Positions 28,601 through 42,794 of a DNA stretch of 64,000 bases are shown here, one piece after another (within the stretch, counting starts at the first letter, position 1; each line of letters opens with the position of its first letter). Position numbers and translations under genes: made by a program. Below the pieces are notes generated by a model. The model saw nothing but the letters and a program-made list of their open reading frames with translations. It was not told where the DNA came from and did not search any database. Source of the stretch: Trichoplax adhaerens (taxonomy: Eukaryota; Animalia; Placozoa); NCBI RefSeq assembly GCF_000150275.1, contig NW_002060946.1, positions 2,437,454-2,501,453 on the forward strand. The letters run 5' to 3'.

Positions 28601-29404
28601 TCCAATTTTGAGATCAATGATTCAAAATCGGAGTGTTTCCTCTTTAAAGAATATTAAGAATATACTACGGTACATTATACATTCTGGCGCGACCGCGTTA
28701 TGAGTGTCGAAAGCACGCCTCTTAATTTAAAGTAATGGACAGTACTGTAGTTCTATCTTGACGTGTTCATCATCGTCTTCAATTAAATCCAAATTGGTCA
28801 CAATTCCATGACAATCATGTAAATTCAATACCAATATTTTAAACGTTTAACATTTTTCGATTGACTGCAAAGACAGCGCGTATTAACCTTGATAATACAT
28901 TGACATGATTGTAGCAGCGAAAAAAATGCTTGAGTTTAAGAAATTCCTTTTAATGACTCAGCCCTACAGGGCCTACACCCATGAAGACGAATGCAATGGC
29001 CCAATTGATAGGCGTATTACCCAGCGCCATAATTCAATAGCATAACCCATCAGTAAGGAAGAAAATATGCATCAAGCACTGCATATTTCTATCCATAGGT
29101 CAACTTTTCTAACCAACTTATAGAGGAAATGATGGACAAAATTTGGCAAGTGACATAAATCAGAGCGGTTCTCTACTGCACAGTACAGTACTGTAGTTCT
29201 ACAGTCAAGGTGTACTACAGATACATGGCGCGATTCCATGATAGTCATGTCCAAATATATGGATATAGCAGATATTATTAATCTATCTTTATATGAAGTT
29301 AAATGTACACGACTAACACTACTAATATGCGAGCAATAATCACTCGATATAAAAGAATGTGATAATTCAATCTTAGCAACCACCTATGCTATTGCTAGTC
29401 TCTT

Positions 29405-29832
29405 AACCTACTCCATTACAGAGTATTCCCATTAACTGTTTTATTCATTATTTGCGAACGTACCCTGCTTTTCGGACTTAATTATCTCTACGTACTCCAT
29501 TACAGAGTCCCATTAACTGTTTTATTCATTATTTGCGATTGTACGCTGCTTTCCGGAGTTCATTACCTCCACGTACTCTCCATTACAGAGTATTCCCATT
29601 TACTATTTTATTATTAATTATTTGCGATTGCACGCTGCTTTCCGGAGATAATTATCTACAGTATACTTACTCCATTACAGAGTATTCCCATGAACTATTT
29701 TATTCATTATTTGCGATTGTAGGCAGCTTTCTGGAGTTAATTATCGCTACGTACTCCATTACAGAGTTTTCCCATTAACCGTTTTATTCATTATTTGCGA
29801 TTGTACGCTGCTTTCCGGAATTAAATATCTAT
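29405..29832. repeat. Tandem minisatellite, ~84-bp unit x5
   Basis: ctccattacagagtattcccattaactgttttattcattatttgcgattgtacgctgctttccggag starts at 29411, 29495, 29578, 29670 and 29754. Confidence 0.93.
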
Positions 29833-30194
29833 TTCAAAGAAGCGTTATGAAATATGTTTTGAAGTATCGCGTTTGCTTGGTCATTCAATTCTACTACGGA
29901 TACTTTCCAACGACAACACAGTAGACACGCCAATGGGAGTATTATTTTAACATTATTTTAAATAGGCATTCGTTGGCAGTTCATTAATCAATGAAAATGT
30001 CATCTCATACTATAAAATTATTTAAGCCAACCCTAAAATTGAACTTGTTCTATTGTATAAGATAGTAAAATTGTAGTTCTTTATCTCTTGACTACATAAA
30101 TACTGTATTTATATCATTTACAGTTTAACTTCCTATCAATACTCATGTATAGCTTTCTTTCGGCAATAATTGTTACGTTTACATTAAAACTTAC

Positions 30195-30290
30195 CTTGCA
30201 AACGTTCGCTGTGATCCACTAAATTGATCAGATCTTCTTCGCAACTTAAGCGAATGAAAGCCAAACTCGCTCGTGTCCAGCTTATAAGCG
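30195..30290 (-). promoter_or_regulatory. Putative TATA-Inr core promoter and non-coding first exon (30255-30195) of CNT paralogue A
   Basis: Minus-strand TATAAG at 30286, TCATTC initiator with A at 30255 (31 nt downstream), consensus donor CAAG|GTAAGT at 30194, and acceptor gtgtag at 25691 just before the ATG. Confidence 0.55.
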
Positions 30291-32092
30291 TGCAATAACA
30301 ATATTTACAACACCCGACGTACAGTACACTAGTATAGTACTAGAAGGGACTTCACGACGTGGGATGCCCTTACCTTATTTGCATAACGTCAAAGTAACAT
30401 CCTGTAGTAGTGTACCGTATATTGACAGTGAGTACTGAGTAGTAATATAATTTAATGAATTAATTATTCAGCCGGATACGGCTATAAGCAGTCAAAGTAG
30501 ACAATGTACTGTCCACTTTGTATAGTATTGTATACCACTACCTGGACAATAATGTCGGTTTATGTTCGTTTACTTACTAATAAGTACCACGATAAAGTAA
30601 TAATAATTACAATAATGATAAATACAGGCATGGAAATGTCCGCACATTTAGTATAATCGATGCCTAATGGCGACTGTAGATCCCTATCTCTCGCATTCAA
30701 GAGCAAGTATAAGTGCTTTGCAGACCAAATAGGGACAGTGTTCATTAAAAAGTGTTAAGTAAGCAGACAGGTAAAAGGGAAACCTTTTATGGTATTCACA
30801 GTAGGTAGCTTAATCATAGATTTTTCACATACCGACACGCGTAAATAGCGCGACTATCTTAATTCTGAATTCCACATAATTAAGTCGTCTCATGGTCATA
30901 ATTAGCATTAGGGAAATAATTTTACTCTCATTACCAAAAATATCTGTCGTAGATACCTCCATTTCTAATCCACTTTTTTTAACAACTGCGATTCAGGTTA
31001 TTATAATTATCAGTGATTACGGCATTTTTATTTTTCAAGGCCAAGCATTCTTGCAGAGTGTTTTATTTACAGAGTATAAGTTCGGTCTTTTTTATTTTAT
31101 CCCAATCTGCCCATGGTTACTATGTAGATAAATTACCTGCGTCTTTATTATTTCGATGACGGTCTACTACCTATCTACCTACAAGTCCAACTGCACACAA
31201 ACAGTACCAACTGCAGTGTTACATCCCAAAACGATGCATATCATAAAAGTTATCATGCTTACACGCTTATTAAAGCTAAAAGTGCATACTTCAGATTATA
31301 ATAACGCCCATACACGAATATTTTCTGATAATAATGACTAGAATTTTATTCTAAATTAAAAAATGATTTAATACAGCTGTATACAGAGCCAATTAGTTAA
31401 TTGGTTTTACCCTTTGTACGGATTAAAACATTAATACAGAAAGCTATAGTAAAATAAAATAAAACTAATAAGAAATGCCAATATTTCAATTTAAAACCGC
31501 ACAAAACAATCCAAGGCATAAAATACCTTCGGAAAGAAATGGACATATTTTATTGAGGTACGGTGATTGCAATAATTCAAGTCAATACAAAAATGAATAA
31601 CGATATCTAATTTATAGAATATAATACTTATGAAACTCTTAAAAGGTCATATCTGTAACAGTGAAAACTTTTTCAGTGAGAACGAATTACAATCTTACTT
31701 ATACTATACTATCTATAGTATGAATATGGTTGGAAACAAATGTAGTGCCGTAAACAGCTTGTGAGAAAAGGATAAAATACATAATGATACGGAAATCTGT
31801 TTCCTATTATATGCCATCCTTTAACGCAGAACGACTAATATCCTACAAATACCACAACAAAGTTAGCATACTTAATTTTACATTCATACCATCTACATGG
31901 CTTATCTTTAAACTTTCGATATCTATATGCTAATATGTTTTTCAATGTAAAGTATAGTACAGTTAAGTATATTGCTAAATAGAATGGAGGTGTCTATTGC
32001 AATCAAAATCATTTTATGGGTATGTCATATCGTCTAGAGACAATCTGCTATTACATGATATCCTATCTAAAGCATACACAGAGGAAGTGGTT

Positions 32093-35000
32093 TTAATGAG
32101 ATGGACCGGCGGTTGCATTGATGACGATTTTTGTTGCAACTCTTATTCCTTCCTCCGAAGGAAGATAGAACATACCTTTAAGTGTAGAACATGATGATAA
32201 TATAAAGGTTAGAAAATTAATTACTAGCATATAAGTTATGTTTTAAAGGTCTTAAGCTAAAACTATTATCGGATTATACGATCAGAGAAGATAAACTTTG
32301 CTATACTAATGATCATCAATCGTACATTGGTAAGCTTCATGATATCCTCCTACCTGCTAAGCAAGCTGTCATGAAACAGGCCACGGTACCGGAGCATAAC
32401 GCTCTGAATGCAATAGTAGCTAGGTCACTCTTTCTCTCCGGTGCCATTGGGGTTAAGCCACCAATTTGAATACCAATAGACGAAAAGTTTGCGAAGCCGC
32501 ACAAAGCGTAAGCGGAGATAATTTCAGAACGAACCTAAATAACAATTTACAATCGATTACAACGACAAAAGTTGATACAAATATGGTATACAGTACATTT
32601 TTTCTCACAATCAGCAATACATTAAAAGATATCAATAATCCTCCGATAGTTTTTACTTGTCAATTATAATTATCAATACCTAATGTGCAATCATATTTAC
32701 TAAACTCCACGGTAACAGCACATATGAAATATGATAAAACATTAAGTAAATAGGTTCATCGACGCATTTACTATCAAAATATCTAAAAAGAATACAGCCT
32801 ATACAATATTGATGTCCAAGTTTACCTTTAAATACAGCCATATACGCGTACATATTTAATTACGCTTATACAATAGAATATAAGTTAGGATTTCTAGAGC
32901 ATGCTGATAATCTCCTCAACGTCTGAATAAAGGAATTCTTCTTCGTTTAAAATCTCTCTCTGATCATACTAAGGATATACTCATCTAATTACAGTAACGC
33001 ACAGAACCCCTCATATTACAATTACTTACTGGTATAAGAAAGGAACAAAGAGTTTTGCGTTCATTTTATAGTTAAAAAAATTGCACGGAAAAACTAAAGC
33101 AATAACTTACAGATATTACTGGATTACCAGCAGCTCGTAAGGCAATCCACTTAGAAAGTGTACTATACGCAACAAATTCGTTTGCTACAGTCTTCTCAGC
33201 TAGAAGCAAACCAACCCTGAAAGCATCCTTAGCTTCAATGCCCAATAGTAAAGCCAAAGGTGTGAATAAATATGAACAGATAAACTAAATAATATAGGAC
33301 AACAAAATACATCATATTACTTGAGCAGAAAACATTTATTCCATATAATACATTACTGTGGATTAGGACTATTAAAGGCAAATTCTGTAATTACGTTAAT
33401 AATGCATATACTCTAGACTCTAGATTTACCCTGAAGCTGAATTGAGGATAATCGACGAGACTACCGAAGTAGCTTAGTGTACCATCAAGGAAATTCAGTA
33501 TAGCAGTAAAGACAATCAGATTGGCGGCTATATTTGCTACTAATGGTATGGCTGAAGAGGCTCCATTAGCGAATGCTTCAAAAAAGTTGGTTTCGGTACT
33601 GAGAAAGAAAGCACGCTTGTTAGTCGTATTAAAGGCTCTAACTATTATAAAAGAAAAATCTACTGTCTTAAGATCAATTTAGCTTCGTCAAATCACGAAT
33701 ATTTTCTGGTTTTAGTATAACTCCTAAGGAACCGTCACCAACTGTACAAGATAGCTGATAAACATTGATTGATATGCGTTACGGTAGTAATTTTCGTACC
33801 CCTTGTCTAATTTAATATCTTTGACCTCATAATCTATTTCCTTCTCAGTTTCTGGATAAACAAGTTTAGCTACTGCCAATGCAGCAGGAGCGGACATAAA
33901 TGAAGCTGTTAAAAGATGAGTAGCCGGTACTCCCATTCCAATATAAGCACCTAAAACAGCTCCAGCTATGGTAGCGAAACCTCCAGTCATAACAGCATGA
34001 AGCTCGGACTTTGTCATTGTTGCAAGGAATGGTCTTACTAATAGAGGAGCTTCGGTCTAGAAATAAGGAATCAGATAGTATAACGATAGTTTAGTGAATT
34101 CCTACCTATCAATCCTTTTAAGCAGCATTCAGTATCATATATCAGCAAATTCTCATAGAAAATAAACTAATACTATATTACGTCCACTTAATGGCCAACG
34201 CAACATTAAAGTGTTTCTTGTACAGAAATCATTCATAAACTACGATACTTATTTAGAATCACAATTTAAAATTGAAAAATAATGTGTTCATGATAGCTGT
34301 TTTTGATAATAGTAAAAAAGTCATGCTATAAAATAGTTAAACTGCTTACTTGTCCGACAAAGATGTTGCCGGCTGCATTTAATGATTCTGTTGGCGATGT
34401 TCTCATAGTAACTTGCATGACACGAGCAAGTACTTTAATTATGCCTTGCATTGCACCAATATAATATAAGAAGGTAATCACAGCGCTAAAGAAAATAACC
34501 AAAGGTAATACCTAGAACATCATACAAATTCGTTAGAATAAATAATAATAATCAAAGGTGTATATTATGGTAAGAAAATATGCTGTTCACTTTTAAGCCA
34601 GATCTTATACCTAAATGAATTCTAAAGTATTTTCGATTGCAGTACAATATCTCATCGATTGCTATCTAGAATCTATCTGCCTTAAATCATTACTTAGTTT
34701 TTATACCAAAGTAATAGCTTACCTTAAAAGCAAAGAAATGATTCGTGTATAATTCACCAAAAACAAATATTGAGCCAGAATCGGTAAAATTTAAAAACGT
34801 CGTAATTAAATTACCGAGGAAATTAAACACTTGGAAACCAGCACTGGTACGTAAAATAAGTAAACCCATAAAAAACTGAATAATAATACCAACAATAACT
34901 GGTCGCCATCTTACCTATTTGATGATAATAAGTGATTTAGTCATGACAATAATATTACTTTCCTAATTTTATTAACTGTTAAAATTTTAGCGCTTTCTGT

Positions 35001-36126
35001 CTTTTATTGCCTCGTTTATGTGCAATAAATTGAAATTGACCTACTTGAGATCTGTGCTTAGAAAAGAACCAACATAAAAATAAATAGGCAAGTAAACCGC
35101 CGAAAGATGCAAAACGATAAGGCACAATTGGCTGATCAAGAAGTAAGAATAGAATAACTAGTCCAATCAATCCAAAGATTACAACCCTATCAAATTATAA
35201 AGACATAATTTTCGTTCGTTATTTACTATATAGCATGATTTCAGTTAATTAACTTCATGTCTTCATTGCATAGAATACATTTATTATGCGAGTACGCACG
35301 ATACATGTCCATCATTGTACGAAATGACAGAATTTATACATCAATTCTCTACTGTTACGAACCATTTCAGGTAGTGCTCATATCTATCGTAGAAATTGGT
35401 TATAGGGCCAAAGATATATTTCTGTAGTGTTGGTGTAATATAGGGCAATACTTTCATTAAGACGATAATCCCCAAAATTACCATTGTAATGATAAAAAGC
35501 GGTCTCGCCCTGTCGAAGTCCATCGTACAAGCAAAAACTAGGTATACTGTATAGCCGATCAGTAAAGCAAGACTGAAGATTCTTAAGGAATATTTTTTGA
35601 TGATTGGTTTATTTTCATAGAACCATGCTAAACGGTGTGAATGCCGATGGGTATTTTCGTCCGTTGGAGCTGCTATCGAGTCAGGATGATCATAGCTTGG
35701 AGCTGCCATACTGTCTTTTTCAATTACAACTGAGACCTCACCTTGCTACATGATATCGTATAGATAAAAAATAAAGGTATCATCATACGCTGCAAAAAGG
35801 TGATGTAAATGTACTCTAATTCTAAATAAAAATATTGTAATAGAATCGGCGCAATTGAAATTATCATTACTGTAGTCAGTAAATTAATACGTATCATATG
35901 ATGGCTATTGTTGGTAAATGAGCCTCAAATCAAGTACTTTTAGATGCAATCGTAACAATAAATAATTACTTCTACTAGATAAATTAAGAATTGTATGCAC
36001 CTGTCCATAAGAATTATTATAAACTGTTGGAGCTGTTGACTCAACCACAAGGCCAATTTCCACCTTGTTGTCCGATTTTTTCGTCATTTCTATCTCTTCC
36101 TTATTAAGTTGGGTATTGTTTTCCAT
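32093..36126 (-). CDS. SLC28A3: SLC28 cotransporter paralogue B, 622 aa. Exons 36126-36001, 35745-35363, 35186-35045, 34914-34723, 34511-34350, 34056-33800, 33598-33430, 33284-33111, 32534-32354, 32175-32093
   Basis: Same motifs as paralogue A. Internal exon lengths are identical to A (142, 192, 162, 257, 169, 174, 181), and the frame is intact, so this is a tandem duplicate. Confidence 0.95.
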
Positions 36127-39100
36127 GATTATCTTGCATTCAAAGCACTACCGTGACCATAAGAAGACATCCATTTAAATTGATGAATCATGTAATGATA
36201 ACAATAGACGAAATTAGTAGAATACCTAAAGATTTAGTGGTTTAATATCCTAATGCTATTAACTCCTTATTGATTAAATATTGATGGGGCGAAACAAAAG
36301 AACAAAACACCAAATGTAGCCAAGTCAATTGTTATGTTTCTTTCCTGAAAGGTTAATATAAAAAATTACTATTTACTGCTTTGGAAGTAAACTAGGTGAT
36401 CTATGTGATTTTTCATTATCAAATTTATTTAAATATCTCATAAAAGTCAACAATAAAGTTAAGTATAATCAAAGTTCAAATTCCACTCTTTTCTAGTGCA
36501 CTGGTGAAATATTGGATTGGTTTATATTTGCTTATAATTATAACAGAAAGGAAATTATAACTACGGAAAATAACTTATTATCGCAGAATACGGCATTAAA
36601 TGTTTTTGAGTTAGACACCGGATGTTGTGATAACTAATTTATAAAGTTTGAGAACATATATCCTGCCCATGTTACTGCTGTTGATATTCTCATGCCTAAT
36701 AAACTGATCACTTTATCAATTTCATCCCTAAGCCAGGACACTTTGCCAACTAACTGCATCCACGCTAGCATTGAACATATTTAGTTTAAAACATGTACAA
36801 CAATTGTTACGCTAAAGTAGAGAAAATGACAAGTATTCCTCTCTCAGAAATGCTATCTCATGCTATTATTATTATTTGCTACTGCATTATTATTGTTGAA
36901 TGCGTACATCTACGTACTTGATGAGCATCGCTAATACTATTCATGTTTGATACGAATCAGCATGACATCCTTTTACAGGATCCGTGCTTGTAAGGTATAT
37001 TTTATTTTTGTCCACAATTAATTTAAAGTCAATTTTGTCGATGGATCACACGAATATTTGTATAGGGAGGAGCAGAATAGATTATGATTGCGATTATGCG
37101 GCCATCGCTGATTGGTACGGTGCTTATGCAGTAATACATTATGATTATGCATATGCATAATCAGATAAAAATACAGGTCCGTCATAGGCTACTAAATACA
37201 TTAGGATGCACGAATTTAGTAGTCCTTATTGAAGTACTTGCAGCTTGCGCAAGTTAGCGTAACGAATGATAAAATTTCAGTAGGTTATAGCTGTTGTAAA
37301 TGGAAGTCGATAAAATAAAGTAGAGTTAAAATCTCTTCATAATACAACATTAGGTATGATCATTGCGTCAGTTCAGGGATAAAACTTGCAGATAAATATT
37401 CGAATTTTAATAAACTAGAAATTTCTCTAACCAAGTAGCTAGCAAGTACTAAGTGCTGTTGATTAATCGATCATCGACAGATAAGGCTGGCTAATTTAGA
37501 TTAGAATCGATTATATATACACATTTAGTGTGTACTATAATAGGAAAAGTTCACCAGCACATTGATGATAAAAAGCATTATTGTAGCTACTAAAGAATAA
37601 CCAACATTTTTGATGATATTTCTCATGTTGAAGGCTGAAGCAAGCACGTTTGAATCATCTTGTAGAAGACTATTAAATCTCGTTAGTAGTATAAATATGT
37701 TAGTAACGCTACGTATGAATAGAATGCCAATACTTTCAGACAATATTCGTACTGATAGCATTATTTACTGTTTACAATATCAATAATTACACCCCCTAGT
37801 ACTTTAAAAATGCTACTCCTACAAACAGATAAGACAGCATTCTCAGCTTATAATACACTGGTAGACCTCCCGCTTCTTTATTAGGCGTTTCTTGTAGCAG
37901 TGTGACGTTACAAAGGTCAATTTGTAATTACCAGCAATAGGCGTATAATAAGGCTCTGCATCAATAATGTTCTCATGGAATTTGTTATGTTGTATAATAA
38001 AAAATTTCTCGATAATAACTTTCTATCATCTTACAGCATTTGCGTATGCGTTTATAGTTATGCAAATTGCATTTAGGTACAATAAAGATAAAATTTGCGA
38101 AAGTTTGCGATATTTATGTAGCACAGGACTGAAAAGCTATTGTAAATGAACCTGACGTAGGAGTGCCTGCTACTAAAAAATAAGCCTGAATTATATTAGT
38201 CTTCAAGGTGTCTATCTACATATTTTAATTATAAATGATGCTAGTAATTTACAATTCATTAGTGAACATTTTTCTATAGATTTCAACACTGATCATTAAT
38301 ATTTTCAGTTATTCATTTTCTTAAATTAATGTTATGGTAATTACTGAACGTTTTCATATATAAAAGGATGTCTTGTACCGACCGTGTAAGGAATCGACTT
38401 GATAAACTGTAATGGTTGCAATTAATGCATAATGTGTATAAAGTTGAAATTTGTAATCAATTACAGCTAGATTGTGGTGGTAATGTTTAGTCTATTCGCA
38501 ATTGATAAATCCACAATATCGGTCGAAGCTATTACAGTATTGAAACTGTAGAGTAGTGTTTGGAAAAATTTATAGTATACTTTATAGAAAGTACGACTGA
38601 ACTTGCAACACATGTTTGTATGCAACAATCCAGAATATGATTCGGTAAGAGATATCTAGGGCAGCAATTAAAATTTATTTGACTTATAAAGTATAGTCGG
38701 ATCAGATCAATAGTATTTCGAAGTAAAAATACAGAAGGAAATAAGTTTTATTATGTAATGGCTACAAATTGTAGTTTATTTATTATTTCATCCGAATTTT
38801 TAGAATATGTTGTATCTTTTGCGTCAATTCCGGTAAAACGCCAACACATGCTGTGTCTTGTAGTTATGGTTCAATAATAACTATTCGATAATTCGATTAT
38901 TTACTCCTCATTATCTTATAGCGAGCTAATCTCAATTGCAAAGTACCATACCGTAGCCTATAACCGTCGTAGATACGAACATATATACAGGCAATGCAGA
39001 TCACTTCTATACTCATATGCTTTATAATAAACAAATCAATCATGATAGCGGTAGTGAATCTTGCAGATTCACATGTAAACTTATTCCCTAACTACAGTAA

Positions 39101-42100
39101 ATTATCATCGCACGTAAAATTTTTAGTTCGTAGAAAGTATTATTATTACCGCCATAGCATATAGAGCTAGTGAAATCAAGAAAGAAGTGATAAATGCAAT
39201 ATAAATATCGATGAGTAAATATGTCCAAACACTCAATTGCTAAAGTTACAGTATGTGGATGTATTCTAATTTGAATATCTGCTATGAAAAATGATAATTT
39301 TAGAGCAACACAAGTTAATATTATATAAAAATTAGTATAGAAAGGTAATAATTCTTAGAATCTAGCAAAGTAAACAACTTGTGCAGTATACAACGACTGA
39401 TCTCATCCACTGGACACGAAGATTGTACAAATAGTGATTAAATTATTATTATTCCCCATTATAATAACGCTATGCAGAATGAACTATAAATATACTTGGG
39501 GTTTCAAATAAGCCAGACAGTAGCAATAGTACAGTGCAGTGTACATATATTATTATTAGTCATTAGCTACAATTAATAAATCGGAAGAAATGTATAATAA
39601 AACATTCTGCACTAACAGTTATATTACTTATTAATTAAAGAAAACAAAAATTTTAGTTAAAGGTTCATTAAGGTTGAAAAATGTTTTAAATATAAAAGTG
39701 TAACTCATATTGTTGATGTTTACCAATAAATATAAGTATTAAACATAAGTATTAATTAGAACAGCCTCAGAAGGGATGAGAGTTTGAAGAGACTTTCGTG
39801 CAGAGTATCGTATTTATGTAAAAAAGTTTTGCACAAAATCTTTTTCTATTCTCCTCTTCAGAGATTTACAGACATAGGCCTCCAAACGATTAGCGCACTT
39901 TATTACTGTTCTGTAGTATAAGTTTTATCACTTCTGACTTTTCAAAATTAGCCGCTCTTTTAAAATGGGTAGTAACATTGCAGCAAACAAATGATTAAAG
40001 TTAGAATACTCTACTTTGATATTATGGGTAAAGATTATATAGCCAATTTTCAATCAGCAAACATCTTGGATACGTTCAAGAATACTTTGACTTAACTGGG
40101 CATTACCATATTATAGCCTAGAAAATTTTCGAATTTAACTAAAACGATAATGCATAAGTGAGAGGATACGAATTGATATGTCTAATTTAGTACTGGAGCT
40201 AAGAGCGATATAGCAGTTATGTAACAGTTTCCAATAGTACTACATTCACTAGTAAAGTTAGAATTTCGCATTCATTACTGAATAATCTGCAAGTAATTTA
40301 TGGAGTCACGGCAATATATACCTTCATTGAGTAATAGGAATATATCGTAGTGCATTGGCTAATTTTACCCCTGAGATATATACTTGGCCAAATGTCGGAA
40401 CTGATAGTTACCATGGGTGCGCAACAGGTCAAACCGGTTAAAAAAAAAATAGGAGTAAACAATCTTGGTAACTTGCTGAAATAGTGATTATAAAGTCTAT
40501 AAATTTATGGAAGCCAAAACATTGGGATTTATTGTCAGATATTGATATGAATAGTTTAACCATTTAATGGTCTGGTCTAAGATTGAACCTTTATATCATA
40601 TGCTGTAAGATTCACATGATTAATTTATATAGATAAAATATAAATAGACTATAGTATTGGAATTTATTCTTTTAAGTAATAAAATTGAGTTTGTGAAATT
40701 TATCGAGACTGAAGTTACGCTTTGCTTATATATTATGCACGCGTTATACTGTGTACCAGTATTATTAGAAATAGCTATTAGATGGACTACAAATCTTACT
40801 AACTTCATTAAGGTTAAGCGTATAAGCGCAATACTATATACTGCATACTATCACTATTTATGAGTAGTGATATCAGATTCGCAATTTCGGACTCAGTGTT
40901 CTAGCTCTGATAAGAATTTAACAATTTACGCAGTTATATAAGATTTGATCTGCAGCAATATGCTATACTTATAAACTTTTGATGTAATATATACTGTGCT
41001 AAACCCGTATATCGTGATTACTGACAATATTATGGAAATTTTCTTAAATGTTACGAAATATCAGGTTAAAATAAATAAATATACACTATTTGCTGAATGG
41101 CTCAAGTACTGTATGTATGACATGCACTTTGCATCAGTACAAAATAGCTTTCGCACTTTACTGGACTATGACTACATTCAGCGTCCTGCATGTACAGCAG
41201 CATATGAGAATGAGTATTTAGACTCTGCATGTGCTCATCCATTAAATTATTATCCTCTAATTTAATCATTATATCTGGGAATGGTAATGGTTACAGATGT
41301 ATAATACGCGTACAGTTAAAATGACCAGCAAAATAGTCAGCATCCGTATCTATAGTACATTATACTGAAAGGCTATTTCTTTTACTGCTAAGTAATCATA
41401 TTGGTTTACCTCTGCGGCAGTAGTACAGCCCTGTTAAAAATATGTAGCCTCAAAACAGAACATGATCAAGATATGTACGCGCACACTCCGTGAGGTAGTT
41501 TCCTATGATCAGACAGAGATGACGTTTGTAAGTAAATAGTTGAAAGAATATTAATATGGAAGAATACATCGAGTCCGGATCATATCTCTTCCAGTCTTCC
41601 TATAATGACGGTTGTTCTCAAATTCAAAATGAGGCATTACTCTATTATTATTTCCATGAAATTGAGTATACCCTTAAGTTAAAGAAGCTAAAATATCTTT
41701 AAGTAATCACGTAAGACGCTCATTGTTATTTGCTAAACAATGCTACAGCTAATTTGACAAACTTCGTAAAACTCGAAGTCAGCGAGTAATCGCCACAATG
41801 ATAATATCATATATCTTAACATTTATTAATTATAATTAATACATAACAACTTTCGGATCAAGTCGATTAAACTTTCTTCTTTTGCTCCATGATTGGCGCC
41901 ACGACAGAATATTTTAAAAATTTGACTTATTTATTTATTTATTTGTTAACGTGTGTAGTTTATGAATTGACTACTTGAAAGAGACCTTTCCTTTGTGTAC
42001 AGTATACGCGTAATGTGTCTATAGCACTTTGTATAATTATTTTTCCAGGCCCCATCTAAAATCTCTTCATTTTAAAAATTTTAAATTTAATTATTCTATT

Positions 42101-42794
42101 ATAATAAAATCTCCATCATGAAGGGGACCCAGATAAAACTTTTCTACTCGTTTCTAGTAGAATTTTAACACCGATCGGCGATAATTTATAATTATTATAT
42201 ACTATGACAGTAAACAAATCTGTATGATATAGTATTTCATGTACAGTAAAGTGGAAGTGATTTCAAAATTAATCGCAAATTAGGAAATATAATACAGTAG
42301 TTACAATGCTTCTTTTCATCCTTCAGGCTTATTATTACTCTTTGTGCTGTAGTTTCTTAGTTATAGTACGATAAAGTAGTGATAATAACAATATCAGTAA
42401 CAAGTAAAAAGTAAAGCTTAATTACTTATTTTTTGGCTACTGTACTTTAACTTTACAAACGATATTAGATTACTGCATCGTTACCGTATGAAACTAGAAG
42501 CGATGTCGATAGTAGCACAGAGCAGTGGATTGGAATCTCAATTTGATTTCTAGTTCATTAAACAACTGCAGGTATACGAAGGCATATATAAGTAATGAGC
42601 ACAAATTGAAGTACTGTACATCATCGCTAGCACATCATTTTAAAATTAGCCATCAATTACATAATTCGCATGGTGATGAACCGATGAAAATATTCAACTT
42701 TGTTTTCCTCGAGTAATTTTACTTTGAGAATAAATTTGGCGCGCTAAACAATTTATTTCATTTTATGCAAATGAATTCTCCGTCATTTACTAGC

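Noticed and set aside
29405-29832. CRISPR-like array
   Set aside because: Units are similar along their whole length with no unique spacers, there are no cas genes, and the context is eukaryotic. ORF 29533-29778 is a by-product of the repeat.
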